A DNA stretch of 64,000 bases from Anaeromyxobacteraceae bacterium (GTDB lineage Bacteria; Myxococcota; Myxococcia; Myxococcales; Anaeromyxobacteraceae). Numbering within the stretch: position 1 is the first letter of the stretch; each line of letters starts with the position of its first letter. Under the pieces are notes generated by a model. That model worked only from the letters and a program-made list of their open reading frames with translations. It made no database searches and was not told the origin of the DNA. The position numbers were made by a program, and so were the translations under genes. Of the stretch, positions 19,471 to 29,142 are shown piece after piece. The stretch is taken from assembly GCA_032654565.1 (NCBI GenBank), contig JAULAX010000015.1, positions 736,001 to 800,000 on the forward strand, read 5' to 3'.

Positions 19471-20268
19471 TCAGGGCGCCGGCGCCGGGGCCGGCGCCGG
19501 GGCCACCGGGGCCGGCCCGATGGTGGGCGCCCCCTCGGGCGCTCCGGCCTGGTAGCTGGAGAGCTCGGCCTCGGCCCGGCCGATGGCGAAGTCGGTGCTG
19601 ATCTGGACCACCACCCGCCGGGCGTCGTCGCTGAACCAGACGTAGGTGGGGTTCTTCTCGCTGAACTTGCCGTCGAAGCCGGTGGGGACCCGCACCTTCA
19701 CCGCCGGGAACCGGCCGGCCGCGGTCTTGACCCACTCCCGGTCCACCACCGCCGCCACCACGGTCGAGACCTTGCGCCCGGAGAGCACCTGGAAGGTGTG
19801 GGAGCCGCCGTCGGGGAGGGGGAGGGTGCGCAGGTGGAAGATCAGCGCCACGAAGTCGACGGTCCCCGGCGGCACCTCGATCAGGTAGGTCTTGTCGAAG
19901 CGCCCGCGCTCCCGGACGGTGGCGGTGCCGGCGGCGCGGTCGAAGAGGGCGGTGTCGGTGTGCTTGTAGCCGCCCGGCTCGGCGGCGTCGAGCATCGAGG
20001 AGCGGGGCAGCAGCGTGGCGGCGTCGAGGTTGCTCACCAGCGTCTGCCGGAAGGTGACCACCGCCCCCAGCCCGGCGCTGCGGGAGGTGAGGGAGACCGG
20101 GGTGGCGCCGTCGGCGCCGGGCGAGACCGAGATGCGCGCCTTGCCCATGGTGATGCCGAGGTAGGTGATGTCGAAGTCCATCCGCTCGCCGGGGCTCCAG
20201 GGGCGAGGCGCCACCGCGGCCGGGTTGGCGGCGAGGGCGAGGGCGAGCAGCAGCGGCAGACCGGGCAT
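19471..20268 (-). CDS. DUF3108 domain exported protein
   Basis: Signal peptide, PGERM.F.I.YLG, V.T.AGRF.A.KV, VWFSDD.RR. Confidence 0.75.
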   Translation of the reverse strand: MPGLPLLLALALAANPAAVAPRPWSPGERMDFDITYLGITMGKARISVSPGADGATPVSLTSRSAGLGAVVTFRQTLVSNLDAATLLPRSSMLDAAEPGGYKHTDTALFDRAAGTATVRERGRFDKTYLIEVPPGTVDFVALIFHLRTLPLPDGGSHTFQVLSGRKVSTVVAAVVDREWVKTAAGRFPAVKVRVPTGFDGKFSEKNPTYVWFSDDARRVVVQISTDFAIGRAEAELSSYQAGAPEGAPTIGPAPVAPAPAPAPAP

Positions 20269-20278
20269 GGCCACCACT

Positions 20279-21481
20279 CTACGACGTCAGGATCAGCCTG
20301 GATATTTCCGGGGGCGACCCGAGCCGCATGGGGGGCCCCCAGTAGCCGGTCCCGCGCGAGACGTAGAGGTGGCCGGCGCGGTCCCCCGCCGCCTCCCGGT
20401 ACAGCCCCTTCACCCAGGGGAAGGCGGCCCGCACCGCGAAGTTGAAGGGGAAGAGCTGCCCGCCGTGGGTGTGGCCGGAGAGCTGGAGGTCGACGCCGGC
20501 GCGCACCGAGGCGAGGAAGTCGCGCGGCTGGTGGGCCAGCAGCACCAGCGGCTGCTGCCCCTGGTGTCCGGCCACCGCCCGGGCCAGGTCCATGCCGTGG
20601 CCGCCGCCGAACTGGGCGGCGCTCCAGTCGTCGACGCCGGCCAGGGTGAACCGGCCGCCCCCGTCGCCGATCTCCAGCTGCTCGTTCCGCAGCGGCCGGA
20701 TCCCCAGCTTCGGCAGCAGCTCCAGCCAGGCGTCCACCCCGGAGTAGTACTCGTGGTTTCCGGTGACGAAGAAGACGCCGTGGCGGGCCTTGAGCTTCGC
20801 CAGCTCGGCGACGATGTGCCCGAGCTCGCGCGGGGTGCCGTCCATGAGATCGCCGGTGATGGCGATCAGGTCGGGCCGCAGCGCGTTGGTCTGCTCCACC
20901 ACCCGCCGCACCTCCCGCTCGCGGATGGTGGGGCCGACGTGCAGGTCGGAGATCTGGGCGATGGAGAAGCCGGAGAGGGTGGGCGGGAGCGAGGGGAGGC
21001 GGATGGCCACCTCCTCGATCACCGCCGGGCCGGTGGCGCTCCGGAAGGCGGTGAGCCCGGCCCCGCCCGCCGCCAGCACCGCCCCGCCGGCCACGGCCCG
21101 GGCCACGAACTCCCGCCGGGCCGGGTCGGATGGCTGCTCGGGGAGCCGCCGGAGCCAGTCGCTGACCCAGGCGGAGAGCCAGGCCCCGGCCCGCACCAGG
21201 TCGGCGACCAGCAGGGAGGCGAAGAGCAGGAAGGCCAGCCCCATCCAGAGGAAGGCGGCGGTGGGGATGACCCGCACCCAGCTGCGCCCGGCCAGCCGCG
21301 CCGCGAAGAGGCCGAGCGGGATGAGCAGGCCGGCGCCGAGCAGCAGCCAGGTGAAGAGGCGGCGCCACGGCTCCGGCAGCGAGGGGTCACGGACCAGCCG
21401 GAGCCAGAGGTAGCCGTGCATGCCGCCGAGGATGGCGACGGCGACCACGAGGAAGACCAGGAAGGTGGCGAGGCGGGGCAC
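20279..21481 (-). CDS. Membrane-bound metallophosphoesterase (YkuE-like)
   Basis: SDLH, ITGDLMDG, TGNHE, LAHQP, LSGHTHGGQ, SRGTGYWGPPMR. Confidence 0.92.
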   Translation of the reverse strand: MPRLATFLVFLVVAVAILGGMHGYLWLRLVRDPSLPEPWRRLFTWLLLGAGLLIPLGLFAARLAGRSWVRVIPTAAFLWMGLAFLLFASLLVADLVRAGAWLSAWVSDWLRRLPEQPSDPARREFVARAVAGGAVLAAGGAGLTAFRSATGPAVIEEVAIRLPSLPPTLSGFSIAQISDLHVGPTIREREVRRVVEQTNALRPDLIAITGDLMDGTPRELGHIVAELAKLKARHGVFFVTGNHEYYSGVDAWLELLPKLGIRPLRNEQLEIGDGGGRFTLAGVDDWSAAQFGGGHGMDLARAVAGHQGQQPLVLLAHQPRDFLASVRAGVDLQLSGHTHGGQLFPFNFAVRAAFPWVKGLYREAAGDRAGHLYVSRGTGYWGPPMRLGSPPEISRLILTS

Positions 21482-21570
21482 GGCGGAGTCTCTAACCCCG
21501 ACGCGGGGCGGAAGCCAGCCCCGGAGCGGTGGGGGTGCGCCCGGGGGCGCCCGGCGCTAGGTTGCCCGGC

Positions 21571-21951
21571 ATGGACCGACTCCTCTTCGCCGCCGGGGCC
21601 TTCTCCGCCGCCATCGCCGTCGCCACCGGCGCCTTCGCCGCCCACGGCCTCAAGGCCCGCCTCGCCCCCGAGGCGCTGGCGGTCTTCGAGACCGGCGCCC
21701 GCTACCAGATGTACGCCGCGCTGGGGCTGCTGGCCGCCGCGTGGGCCGCCGCCCGCTGGAGCGGGGCCGCCGCCAGCTGGGGCGGCGGGCTGCTGCTGGC
21801 CGGGACCCTGCTCTTCTCCGGCAGCCTCTACGCGCTGGCCCTCACCGGGGTCCGCTGGCTGGGGGCGGTCACCCCGCTGGGCGGGGTGGCCTTCATCGCC
21901 GGCTGGGTGCTGCTGGCGGTGGCGGCGCTGCGGGCCGGACCGACGCCGTAG
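21571..21951 (+). CDS. DUF423 (YgdD/TMEM256) membrane protein
   Basis: GAFAAHGL, FETGARYQMY, LFSGSLY, GAVTPLGG. Confidence 0.9.
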   Translation: MDRLLFAAGAFSAAIAVATGAFAAHGLKARLAPEALAVFETGARYQMYAALGLLAAAWAAARWSGAAASWGGGLLLAGTLLFSGSLYALALTGVRWLGAVTPLGGVAFIAGWVLLAVAALRAGPTP

Positions 21952-21981
21952 TCGGCGGACGGAGGCCCGCGCCGGGGGGGC

Positions 21982-23001
21982 TCAGCGCGGCAGCTGGGCC
22001 AGGAACCGCTCCCAGAGCGCCGGGCGCCGGCGGGAGTACATCCCGCGCTCCAGGTAGCGCTCCAGGAACCGGACGTTCTCCTCCAGCAGCCCGGGCCGGT
22101 CGCGCCGCAGCGCCAGCGCCCGCTCGATGGCCGGCAGCACCGGCTGGCCCGGCTCGACGTGGACCATCCCGTCCTCGGGCAGCGGGATGAGCGTCTGCAG
22201 CGGTCGGAAGTCGTTGGTCACGATCAGCGAGCGGGCGTAGATGGCCTCGTAGTGACGGTAGGACCAGGGGGCGTTCCCCTCCGGCGTCAGCGCCACCCGG
22301 CTCCGCTGCAGCGCCGCGAAGTACCGGCGGAACGGCACCTTGCCGCGCAGCGTGAACCCGGAGAGGTCGCCGTAGCGCTCCCGCAGCGCCGGCGTCACGG
22401 TCCGCTCCAGCAGGCCGCCCCAGAGCTGCAGGTGGCGCCCGTGGTCGCGCAGCTCCAGCAGCCACTGGACGCGCTGGTTGGGGACCAGCGCCGGGTCCTG
22501 GCCGCGCGGGTCGCGCCCGGTGGCGGCGCCGAGGAAGAGGACGTCGAAGCGGGACGAGGGCGGCGGGCGGTGCAGCGCCCGGCGCAGCCGGCCCCACTCC
22601 AGCGCCAGCCGCAGCTTGCCGTAGCGCCGGATGGGCCCCACCCCCATGGTGATGCCGAAGTCCCAGCGCCGGTCGGTCCAGGCCTTGAGGTAGAGGGAGG
22701 CGGCGCCGCGGAGCAGGGGGCGGTTGGCGTCGGTCCAGAGCGGGTAGTGGTGGTCGAAGAGGTCGAAGAGCACCAGGTGGCGGCAGCGCAGCCGGGCCAG
22801 GTGCCGGTCGGTGACCGGGCTGGGGAGGCCGAGGAAGACGTACTCGGCCTCGACCGGGCCGCCGCGCAGCAGGTCGGCGGCCGAGGTGCAGCCCACCGCG
22901 CCGAAGCCGGCGTAGGTGCGCAGGAACTGGACCAGGGTGCGGCCGCTGACGCCGCGGCCGTGGCCGGGCAGCTCGCTCATCACCACCAGGAACTTCCTCA
23001 T
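21982..23001 (-). CDS. Putative glycosyltransferase-like protein
   Basis: C-terminal Y...L.RSRVALTPEG...SYRHYEAI resembles GT-B C-terminal motif. Confidence 0.5.
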   Translation of the reverse strand: MRKFLVVMSELPGHGRGVSGRTLVQFLRTYAGFGAVGCTSAADLLRGGPVEAEYVFLGLPSPVTDRHLARLRCRHLVLFDLFDHHYPLWTDANRPLLRGAASLYLKAWTDRRWDFGITMGVGPIRRYGKLRLALEWGRLRRALHRPPPSSRFDVLFLGAATGRDPRGQDPALVPNQRVQWLLELRDHGRHLQLWGGLLERTVTPALRERYGDLSGFTLRGKVPFRRYFAALQRSRVALTPEGNAPWSYRHYEAIYARSLIVTNDFRPLQTLIPLPEDGMVHVEPGQPVLPAIERALALRRDRPGLLEENVRFLERYLERGMYSRRRPALWERFLAQLPR

Positions 23002-23005
23002 CCGG

Positions 23006-24487
23006 TCAGGTCTCCTCGGCCTGCCCGAAGAGCAGGCGCACCAGGGCGGCGTCGGTGGGCGAGGCCGAGACGTAGACGTGGTCGCCGGGGGTGAGCACGG
23101 TGCGGCCGCGGGCCGCCACCAGCTGCCGGCCGCGCAGCACCAGCATCACCGCGGCGTCGGGCGGCAATGGCAGGTCGGAGATGCGGGCCCCGGCCACGGC
23201 GCTGGCCGGATCGACCTGGAAGACCATCATCTCGCCGCTGAGCGGCTGGGTGCTCACCAGCTCCAGCACCGCCCGCGGCGCCGGCGGCGTGGCCTCCTCC
23301 AGCCCCAGCCGGCGGGCCAGCCAGCGGGCGCTGCCGCCCTGCAGGGCCGTGCTCACCAGCACCACGAAGAAGACCAGGTCGAAGATGCCGGTGGCGCCCG
23401 CCACCCCCTCCAGCACCGGGTAGCAGGCCAGGATGATGGGCACCGCGCCCCGCAGCCCCACCCAGGCGATGAACGCCACTTCACGCCAGGTGAACCCAAA
23501 GGGGAGCAGGCAGGCGGCCACCACCGCCGGCCGGGCCACCACCGCCAGCAGGAAGCCGACCAGCAGGCCGGTGGAGGCCTGGCCCATGACCCGGCTGGGG
23601 AAGGCCAGCAGCCCGAGCAGCAGGAACATCCCGACCTGGCTGAACCAGGCGATGGCGTCGTGGACCCGCCGCAGGCCGGGCAGGTAGGGGATCCGGCCGG
23701 CGCCGATCACCATGGCGGCCACGTAGACGGCGAGGAACCCGGAGCCCCAGAGCAGGGAGGGGACGCCGAAGGCCAGCAGCGCCAGGGCCAGGGAGAGGAC
23801 CGGGTAGAGCCCGGCGGCGGAGAGGCGGGCCCGGGTCATCAGCTGCCGCCCCCCCCAGCCGATGGCGGCGCCGCCGGCCGCCCCCACCGCCAGCTGCAGC
23901 ACCACCTCGACCGCCAGCCCCCAGCCGAGCGGCTGGCCGCTGGTGGCGGCGGTGGTCAGCGAGAGGGTGAGGATGACCGCCATGGGGTCGTTGAGCCCCG
24001 ACTCCAGCTCCAGCACCCGGCCCACCCGGGCCCGCAGCGAGACCCCGCCGCCGCGCAGCACCGAGAAGACCGCGGCGGCGTCGGTGGAGGAGACCACCGC
24101 GCCGAAGATGAGCGCCTGCGGCCAGGGCAGGCCGAAGAGGAAGGCCGCCAGCGCCGAGAGCGCCGCGGTCCCCAGCACCCCGACGGTGGCCAGCGCCGCG
24201 GCCGGGGCCAGGGCGCCGCGCAGGCTGCTGAGCGGGGTGTTGAGGCCGCCGTCGAAGAGGATCAGCACCAGCGCCACCGTCCCCAGCCGGAAGGCCAGGC
24301 CGTAGTCGCTGAAGTGGATGCCGCCCAGGCCGTCCGAGCCGGCCACCATCCCCACCGCCAGGAAGATCAGGGCGGCCGGCACCCCCAGCCGGCCCGAGGT
24401 GCGGCTCACCAGCACCCCGGCGGCGAGCAGGACGCCGGCGGCGGCGAGCAGGAGGGCGGTGGCCAGCGGTTCGTGCAAGCCCGGCAA
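23006..24487 (-). CDS. cvrA: K+/H+ antiporter NhaP2/CvrA with TrkA-C domain
   Basis: ILFDGGL.T, SSTDAAAVFS, ESGLNDP, GLRGAVPIILA; start uncertain. Confidence 0.9.
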   Translation of the reverse strand: MPGLHEPLATALLLAAAGVLLAAGVLVSRTSGRLGVPAALIFLAVGMVAGSDGLGGIHFSDYGLAFRLGTVALVLILFDGGLNTPLSSLRGALAPAAALATVGVLGTAALSALAAFLFGLPWPQALIFGAVVSSTDAAAVFSVLRGGGVSLRARVGRVLELESGLNDPMAVILTLSLTTAATSGQPLGWGLAVEVVLQLAVGAAGGAAIGWGGRQLMTRARLSAAGLYPVLSLALALLAFGVPSLLWGSGFLAVYVAAMVIGAGRIPYLPGLRRVHDAIAWFSQVGMFLLLGLLAFPSRVMGQASTGLLVGFLLAVVARPAVVAACLLPFGFTWREVAFIAWVGLRGAVPIILACYPVLEGVAGATGIFDLVFFVVLVSTALQGGSARWLARRLGLEEATPPAPRAVLELVSTQPLSGEMMVFQVDPASAVAGARISDLPLPPDAAVMLVLRGRQLVAARGRTVLTPGDHVYVSASPTDAALVRLLFGQAEET

Positions 24488-24558
24488 CCTTACCAGCCTC
24501 CGGGCGCATCGCCCGGCCGCGGGGAACGTCCCTCACTCGAGGGGGGAGGTATGGCAGG

Positions 24559-25878
24559 ATGCCGCCCCACATGAGCCCGTCCGCCCCCCCCGCGAGACTC
24601 CCCTCACAGATCTGGTTCCTGGCCTGGAACGAGGCGGCCGAGCGCTTCTCCTACTACGGGATGACCTCGATCCTCACCCTGCACATGGTGAAGAACCTGG
24701 GGCTGGGGGAGAGCCAGGCCATCGCCGGCTACCAGTACTTCGTCTTCGGGGTCTACCTGACCCCCATCCTCGGGGCGCTGGTCTCCGACCTCTTCTGGGG
24801 CCGGTACCGGACCATCCTCTGGCTCTCCTTCGGCTACGTGGCCGGCCACGCCACCATCGCCCTCTGGGAGGGGCCGGTGGGGCTGCTGGCCGGGCTGGCG
24901 CTGATCGCCGTCGGCGCCGGGGGCATCAAGCCGTGCGCCTCGGCCTTCGCCGCCGACCAGGTGCCGGCGGGCGACGACCGGGCGGTGGAGCGCGTCTACA
25001 ACCTCTACTACTGGATGATCAACCTCGGGTCGTTCTGCTCCACGCTGGTCATCCCCTGGCTCTTCGACGCCCACGGCCCGCGGGTGGCCTTCGGCGTGCC
25101 CGGGCTGGCCATGGCGCTGGCGCTGCTGGTCTTCTGGGTGGGGCGCGGACGCTACCTGCGCCACCCGCCGGCGGTGGCGGTGCGGGCGGCGGCGGCGCGG
25201 GCCGGGGCGGAGGCGCCGGCGCGGCTGGGGGTGGGCGGGACGCTCCGGGCGGTGGGCTGGATCGCCGCCATCTTCGCGCCGGTGGCGGCCTTCTGGGCGC
25301 TCTACTTCCAGTACGGCTCGGCCTGGACCCTGCAGGCCGACAAGCTGGACCGGGTGGTGGCCGGCTTCGAGATCTCCACCGGCCAGGTGCAGACCCTCAA
25401 CGCGGTGCTGGTGCTGGTGCTCATCCCGCTCTTCACCCTGGTGATCTACCCGGCGCTGGTGCGGGCCGGGGTGGCGGTGACGCCGCTGCGCAAGATGTCG
25501 GTGGGGATGTTCATGGCCGGGCTCTCCTTCGTGGCCGCCGCCTGGGTGGAGGGGCAGCTGCAGGCGGGCGGCCACCCCCACGTGGCGGCGCAGCTGCCGC
25601 AGTACGTGCTGATGGGGATCGGCGAGGTGCTGGTGAGCGTCACGGCGCTGGAGTTCGCCTACACCCAGGCGCCGCCGCAGCTGAAGAGCCTGGTGATGGG
25701 GCTCTGGTACCTGACCATCTCCGGCGGCAGCCTGCTGGCGGCGGTGGTGGCCGGGCTCAACCGCTGGCGCGGCGTCGGCTACTACCACTTCTACGCCTGG
25801 CTGATGCTGGGGGCCGCGGTGCTCTTCTTCCTGGTGGCGCTGGCCTGGCGCGCCACCCGCCGCCCCGCCGCCGCCTGA
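24559..25878 (+). CDS. POT/PTR proton-dependent oligopeptide transporter 1
   Basis: NEAAERFSYYGM (ExxERFxYY), GGIKPC, YYWMINLG, EFAYTQAP; SD GGAGG upstream. Confidence 0.92.
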   Translation: MPPHMSPSAPPARLPSQIWFLAWNEAAERFSYYGMTSILTLHMVKNLGLGESQAIAGYQYFVFGVYLTPILGALVSDLFWGRYRTILWLSFGYVAGHATIALWEGPVGLLAGLALIAVGAGGIKPCASAFAADQVPAGDDRAVERVYNLYYWMINLGSFCSTLVIPWLFDAHGPRVAFGVPGLAMALALLVFWVGRGRYLRHPPAVAVRAAAARAGAEAPARLGVGGTLRAVGWIAAIFAPVAAFWALYFQYGSAWTLQADKLDRVVAGFEISTGQVQTLNAVLVLVLIPLFTLVIYPALVRAGVAVTPLRKMSVGMFMAGLSFVAAAWVEGQLQAGGHPHVAAQLPQYVLMGIGEVLVSVTALEFAYTQAPPQLKSLVMGLWYLTISGGSLLAAVVAGLNRWRGVGYYHFYAWLMLGAAVLFFLVALAWRATRRPAAA

Positions 25879-25892
25879 CCACCCCGCCCTCC

Positions 25893-27296
25893 ATGACCGC
25901 CGCCACCGCCACCGCCGCCGACCAGCGCTACCCGCCGCAGGTGAAGTACATCGTCGGCAACGAGGCCTGCGAGCGCTTCTCCTTCTACGGGATGCGCTCG
26001 GTGCTGGTGATCTACATGGCCGGGTACCTGCTCTACCCCGACCAGGAGGCCAAGGAGGGGTACCACCTCTTCATGATGATGACCTACCTGACCCCGCTGC
26101 TGGGGGGGTGGATCGCCGATCGCTTCTGGGGCCGCTACAAGACCATCCTCTGGATCTCGCTCTTCTACGTGCTCGGCCACCTCACCCTGGCCTTCTGGGA
26201 GAGCCGGGCCGGCTTCGTCACCGGGCTGATCCTCATCACCCTCGGCTTCGGCGGCATCAAGCCCTGCGTCTCGGCCTTCGTCGGCGACCAGTTCCGGCCC
26301 GAGCAGAAGCTGCTGATGCAGAAGGTCTACGGCTGGTTCTACTGGGTCATCAACCTCGGCTCGGCCACCGCCAAGCTGCTCATCCCCTGGCTGCTGCGCC
26401 GCTACGGCCCTTCGGTGGCCTTCGCGGTGCCGGGCATCTTCATGGCCATCGCCACCCTGGTCTTCTGGGCCGGCACCCGCCACTACGTGCGCGCCCCGCC
26501 GTCCGGCCCCAACCCCCACGGCTTCCTCGACGTGCTCTGGTACGCGGGCCGCCGCCTCGGCACCCACCGGGCCGGGCAGAGCTGGCTCGACACGGCGCTG
26601 GAGCGCCACCCCGCCGAGGCGGTGGAGGGGGCGCGGGCGGTGCTGCGCATCATGGGGGTCTTCGGGGCGGTCACCGTCTTCTGGGCCCTCTTCGACCAGA
26701 CCGGCTCGAGCTGGGTGCTGCAGGGGAAGCAGCTGGTCAGCACCGTCGGCCCGTTCACGCTGGGCGGGCTGGCGATCGGCCCCTGGGACCTGGACCCGGC
26801 GCAGCTGCAGGCGCTCAACCCCTTCCTGGTCATGGCGCTGGTCCCGCTCTTCACCTGGGTGGTCTTCCCGGGGCTGGCCCGGCGCGGCTTCACCCTGGCG
26901 CCGCTCACCAAGATGACCGCCGGCATGTTCCTCGCCGTGCTCTCCTTCGTGGCCGCGGCGGTGCTGCAGTGGCGCGTCGACGGCGGCCACCCCACCGGCC
27001 TGCTCTGGCAGTTCCCCCAGTACCTGCTGCTCACCACCGCCGAGGTGCTGGTCTCGGTGACCGGCCTGGAGTTCAGCTACACCCAGGCGCCGCGCTCGAT
27101 GCGCTCGACCATCATGTCGATCTGGTTCCTCACCACCTTCCTGGGGAACCTGCTCACCTTCCTGGTCCAGTTCGTGCGGCTCTCCGGCGCCACCTACTTC
27201 GGCTTCTTCGCCCTGCTCATGCTGGCGGCCGCCTTCGGCTTCCGCATCATGGCCAGGCGTTACCAGGCGTCCGGCGCATCCGGCCCCACGAGGTGA
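25893..27296 (+). CDS. POT/PTR proton-dependent oligopeptide transporter 2
   Basis: NEACERFSFYGM, GGIKPCVSAFVGDQF, FYWVINLG, EFSYTQAP. Confidence 0.92.
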   Translation: MTAATATAADQRYPPQVKYIVGNEACERFSFYGMRSVLVIYMAGYLLYPDQEAKEGYHLFMMMTYLTPLLGGWIADRFWGRYKTILWISLFYVLGHLTLAFWESRAGFVTGLILITLGFGGIKPCVSAFVGDQFRPEQKLLMQKVYGWFYWVINLGSATAKLLIPWLLRRYGPSVAFAVPGIFMAIATLVFWAGTRHYVRAPPSGPNPHGFLDVLWYAGRRLGTHRAGQSWLDTALERHPAEAVEGARAVLRIMGVFGAVTVFWALFDQTGSSWVLQGKQLVSTVGPFTLGGLAIGPWDLDPAQLQALNPFLVMALVPLFTWVVFPGLARRGFTLAPLTKMTAGMFLAVLSFVAAAVLQWRVDGGHPTGLLWQFPQYLLLTTAEVLVSVTGLEFSYTQAPRSMRSTIMSIWFLTTFLGNLLTFLVQFVRLSGATYFGFFALLMLAAAFGFRIMARRYQASGASGPTR

Positions 27297-27763
27297 ACGT
27301 GCTGTTCAAGGAAACCGCGATGGTCCGCATGCTGGGGCTGAAGATCCCGCTGCTGTTCTTCCTCGGCCCCCAGGTGCTGCGGCTCGACGAGACCGGCTGC
27401 ACCGTGAGGATCCCCTTCGGCTGGCGGTCGAAGAACCACGTCGGCTCCATGTACTTCGGCGCCCTCTGCGCCGGGGCCGACCTGGCCGGCGGGCTGCCGG
27501 CCTTCCGGGCCATCCAGGCCGGTCACCCGAAGATCGTCATCGTCTTCGCCGACGTCGAGGGGAAGTTCCTCAAGCGGGCCGACGGCGACGTCCACTTCGC
27601 CTGCGAGCAGGGGGCGGAGGTGGCGGCGGCGGTGGAGAAGGCCGACCGGACCGGCGAGCGGATCACCATGCCGGTCCACGTCACCTGCACCGTCCCGGAC
27701 CGCTACGGGGACGAGCCGGTGGCCCGCTTCACGCTCGGCCTGTCGATGAAGCGAAAGGGCTGA
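27293..27763 (+). CDS. Hot-dog thioesterase-like protein (DUF4442/YiiD C-terminal-like)
   Basis: KIPLLFFLGP, SKNHVGSMYFGAL..GADLAGG, FLKRADGDV; GTGA coupling. Confidence 0.8.
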   Translation: MNVLFKETAMVRMLGLKIPLLFFLGPQVLRLDETGCTVRIPFGWRSKNHVGSMYFGALCAGADLAGGLPAFRAIQAGHPKIVIVFADVEGKFLKRADGDVHFACEQGAEVAAAVEKADRTGERITMPVHVTCTVPDRYGDEPVARFTLGLSMKRKG

Positions 27764-27795
27764 CCGGGCCGGTCGCCCGCGCTAGGATTCCAGCC

Positions 27796-29142
27796 ATGCG
27801 CGCCCTGCTCCTGGCCGTCGCCCTCGCCGCCGCCGCCCCGGCCGCCGCCGCCGGGGCGCTCCCCTTCGTCGCCGACGACTACGCCACGGCGCTGGCCGAC
27901 GCCCGGGCCCGCAACGTGCCGCTGGTGGTGGACGTCTGGGCCCCCTGGTGACCCACCTGTCGCTTCATGCGGGCCAACGTCCTCACCGACGCGCGCCTGC
28001 TGAAGCTGGCCGGGCAGTTTGCCTGGCTCGACATCGACACCGAGCAGCCGCGCAACTTCGCCTTCGTGGAGCGGTTCCCCATCGAGGCCTGGCCGACCAT
28101 CCTGGTCATCGACCCGACCCGCGAGCAGGTGGCGCTGCGCTGGATGGGGACGGCCACCGCCGAGGAGCTGGAGCGGCTGTTGCTGGGGACCGCCCGGACG
28201 CTTCGGCACGACCGGACCGACGCCGCCGGGGCCGCCCTGGCCCGCGGCGCGGCGCTGGCCTCGGCGCGGAAGCACGCCGAGGCGGCGGCGGCCTACCGCG
28301 AGGCGCTTGAGGCCGGCGGCCCGGGGTGGACCGGTCGGGCCGGCGCGGCCGACGCCCTGCTGCAGGCGCTCTCCCTGGCGCGTGATCCGGCCCGGTGCGC
28401 CGGCGAGGCGCGCCGGCTGCTGCCGACGCTCCCGCCCGGACCGGCGGCGGCCCGGGTGGCGGCGGCCGGGCTCGGCTGCGCCACCTCGGTCGAGGCGCCG
28501 GGGGCTCGCGCCGAGGCGCTGGCGGCGCTGGAGCCGGCCGCCCGCGGCGCGCTGCGCTTCCCGGAGGTGCCGAGCGACGACCGCTCCGGGCTCTACGAGG
28601 CGCTGCAGAACGCCCGGAAGGCCAGCCAGGACGAGGCCGGGGCCCGGGCGGTGGCCCGCGAGTGGCTCGACTGGATCGAGGTCGAGTCGGCCCGGGCCAC
28701 CACGCCGCTCTCCCGCTCCGCCTTCGACGGGGCCCGGCTCTCCACCGCCATGGCCCTCGGCGAGGTGATCCGGGTGCTGCCGGCGCTGGAGGCCTCGGCC
28801 CGGGCCTTCCCCGACCAGTACTTCGCGCTGGCCTACCTGGCCCGCGCCCAGCTCGAGGCGGGGAGGCCAACCCAGGCCGCCGCCACCGCCCACGCCGCGG
28901 CCAGGCTGGCCGACGGCCCGCGCAAGGTGAACGTGCTGCTGGTCGAGGCCCGGGCGCTGCGGGCCGGCGGCGACCTGGCCGGGGCCCGCGCCGCGGTGGA
29001 CCAGGCCCTCCGCCACGGGGAGGGGCTGCCCGAGGCGGTGCGCCCCAAGGGCGTGCTCAAGGCGGCGGCCAGGCTGCGCGACGAGCTGGCGGCCCAGCCG
29101 GCCGCCCCGGCGGCTACGCCGGCCGCTCGTCCATCACCCTGA
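27796..29142 (+). CDS. Secreted thioredoxin-fold + helical-repeat protein with in-frame TGA at 27949-27951: probable selenoprotein (UxxC)
   Basis: ATG 27796, signal peptide, LPFVADDYATALADARARNVPLVVDVWAPW-TGA-PTCRFM, cis-Pro WPT; same frame as ORF 27967..29142. Confidence 0.85.

Noticed and set aside
27967..29142. ORF-track start at ATG 27967 (391 aa)
   Set aside because: It cuts the thioredoxin motif and removes the signal peptide; read-through from 27796 explains the sequence better
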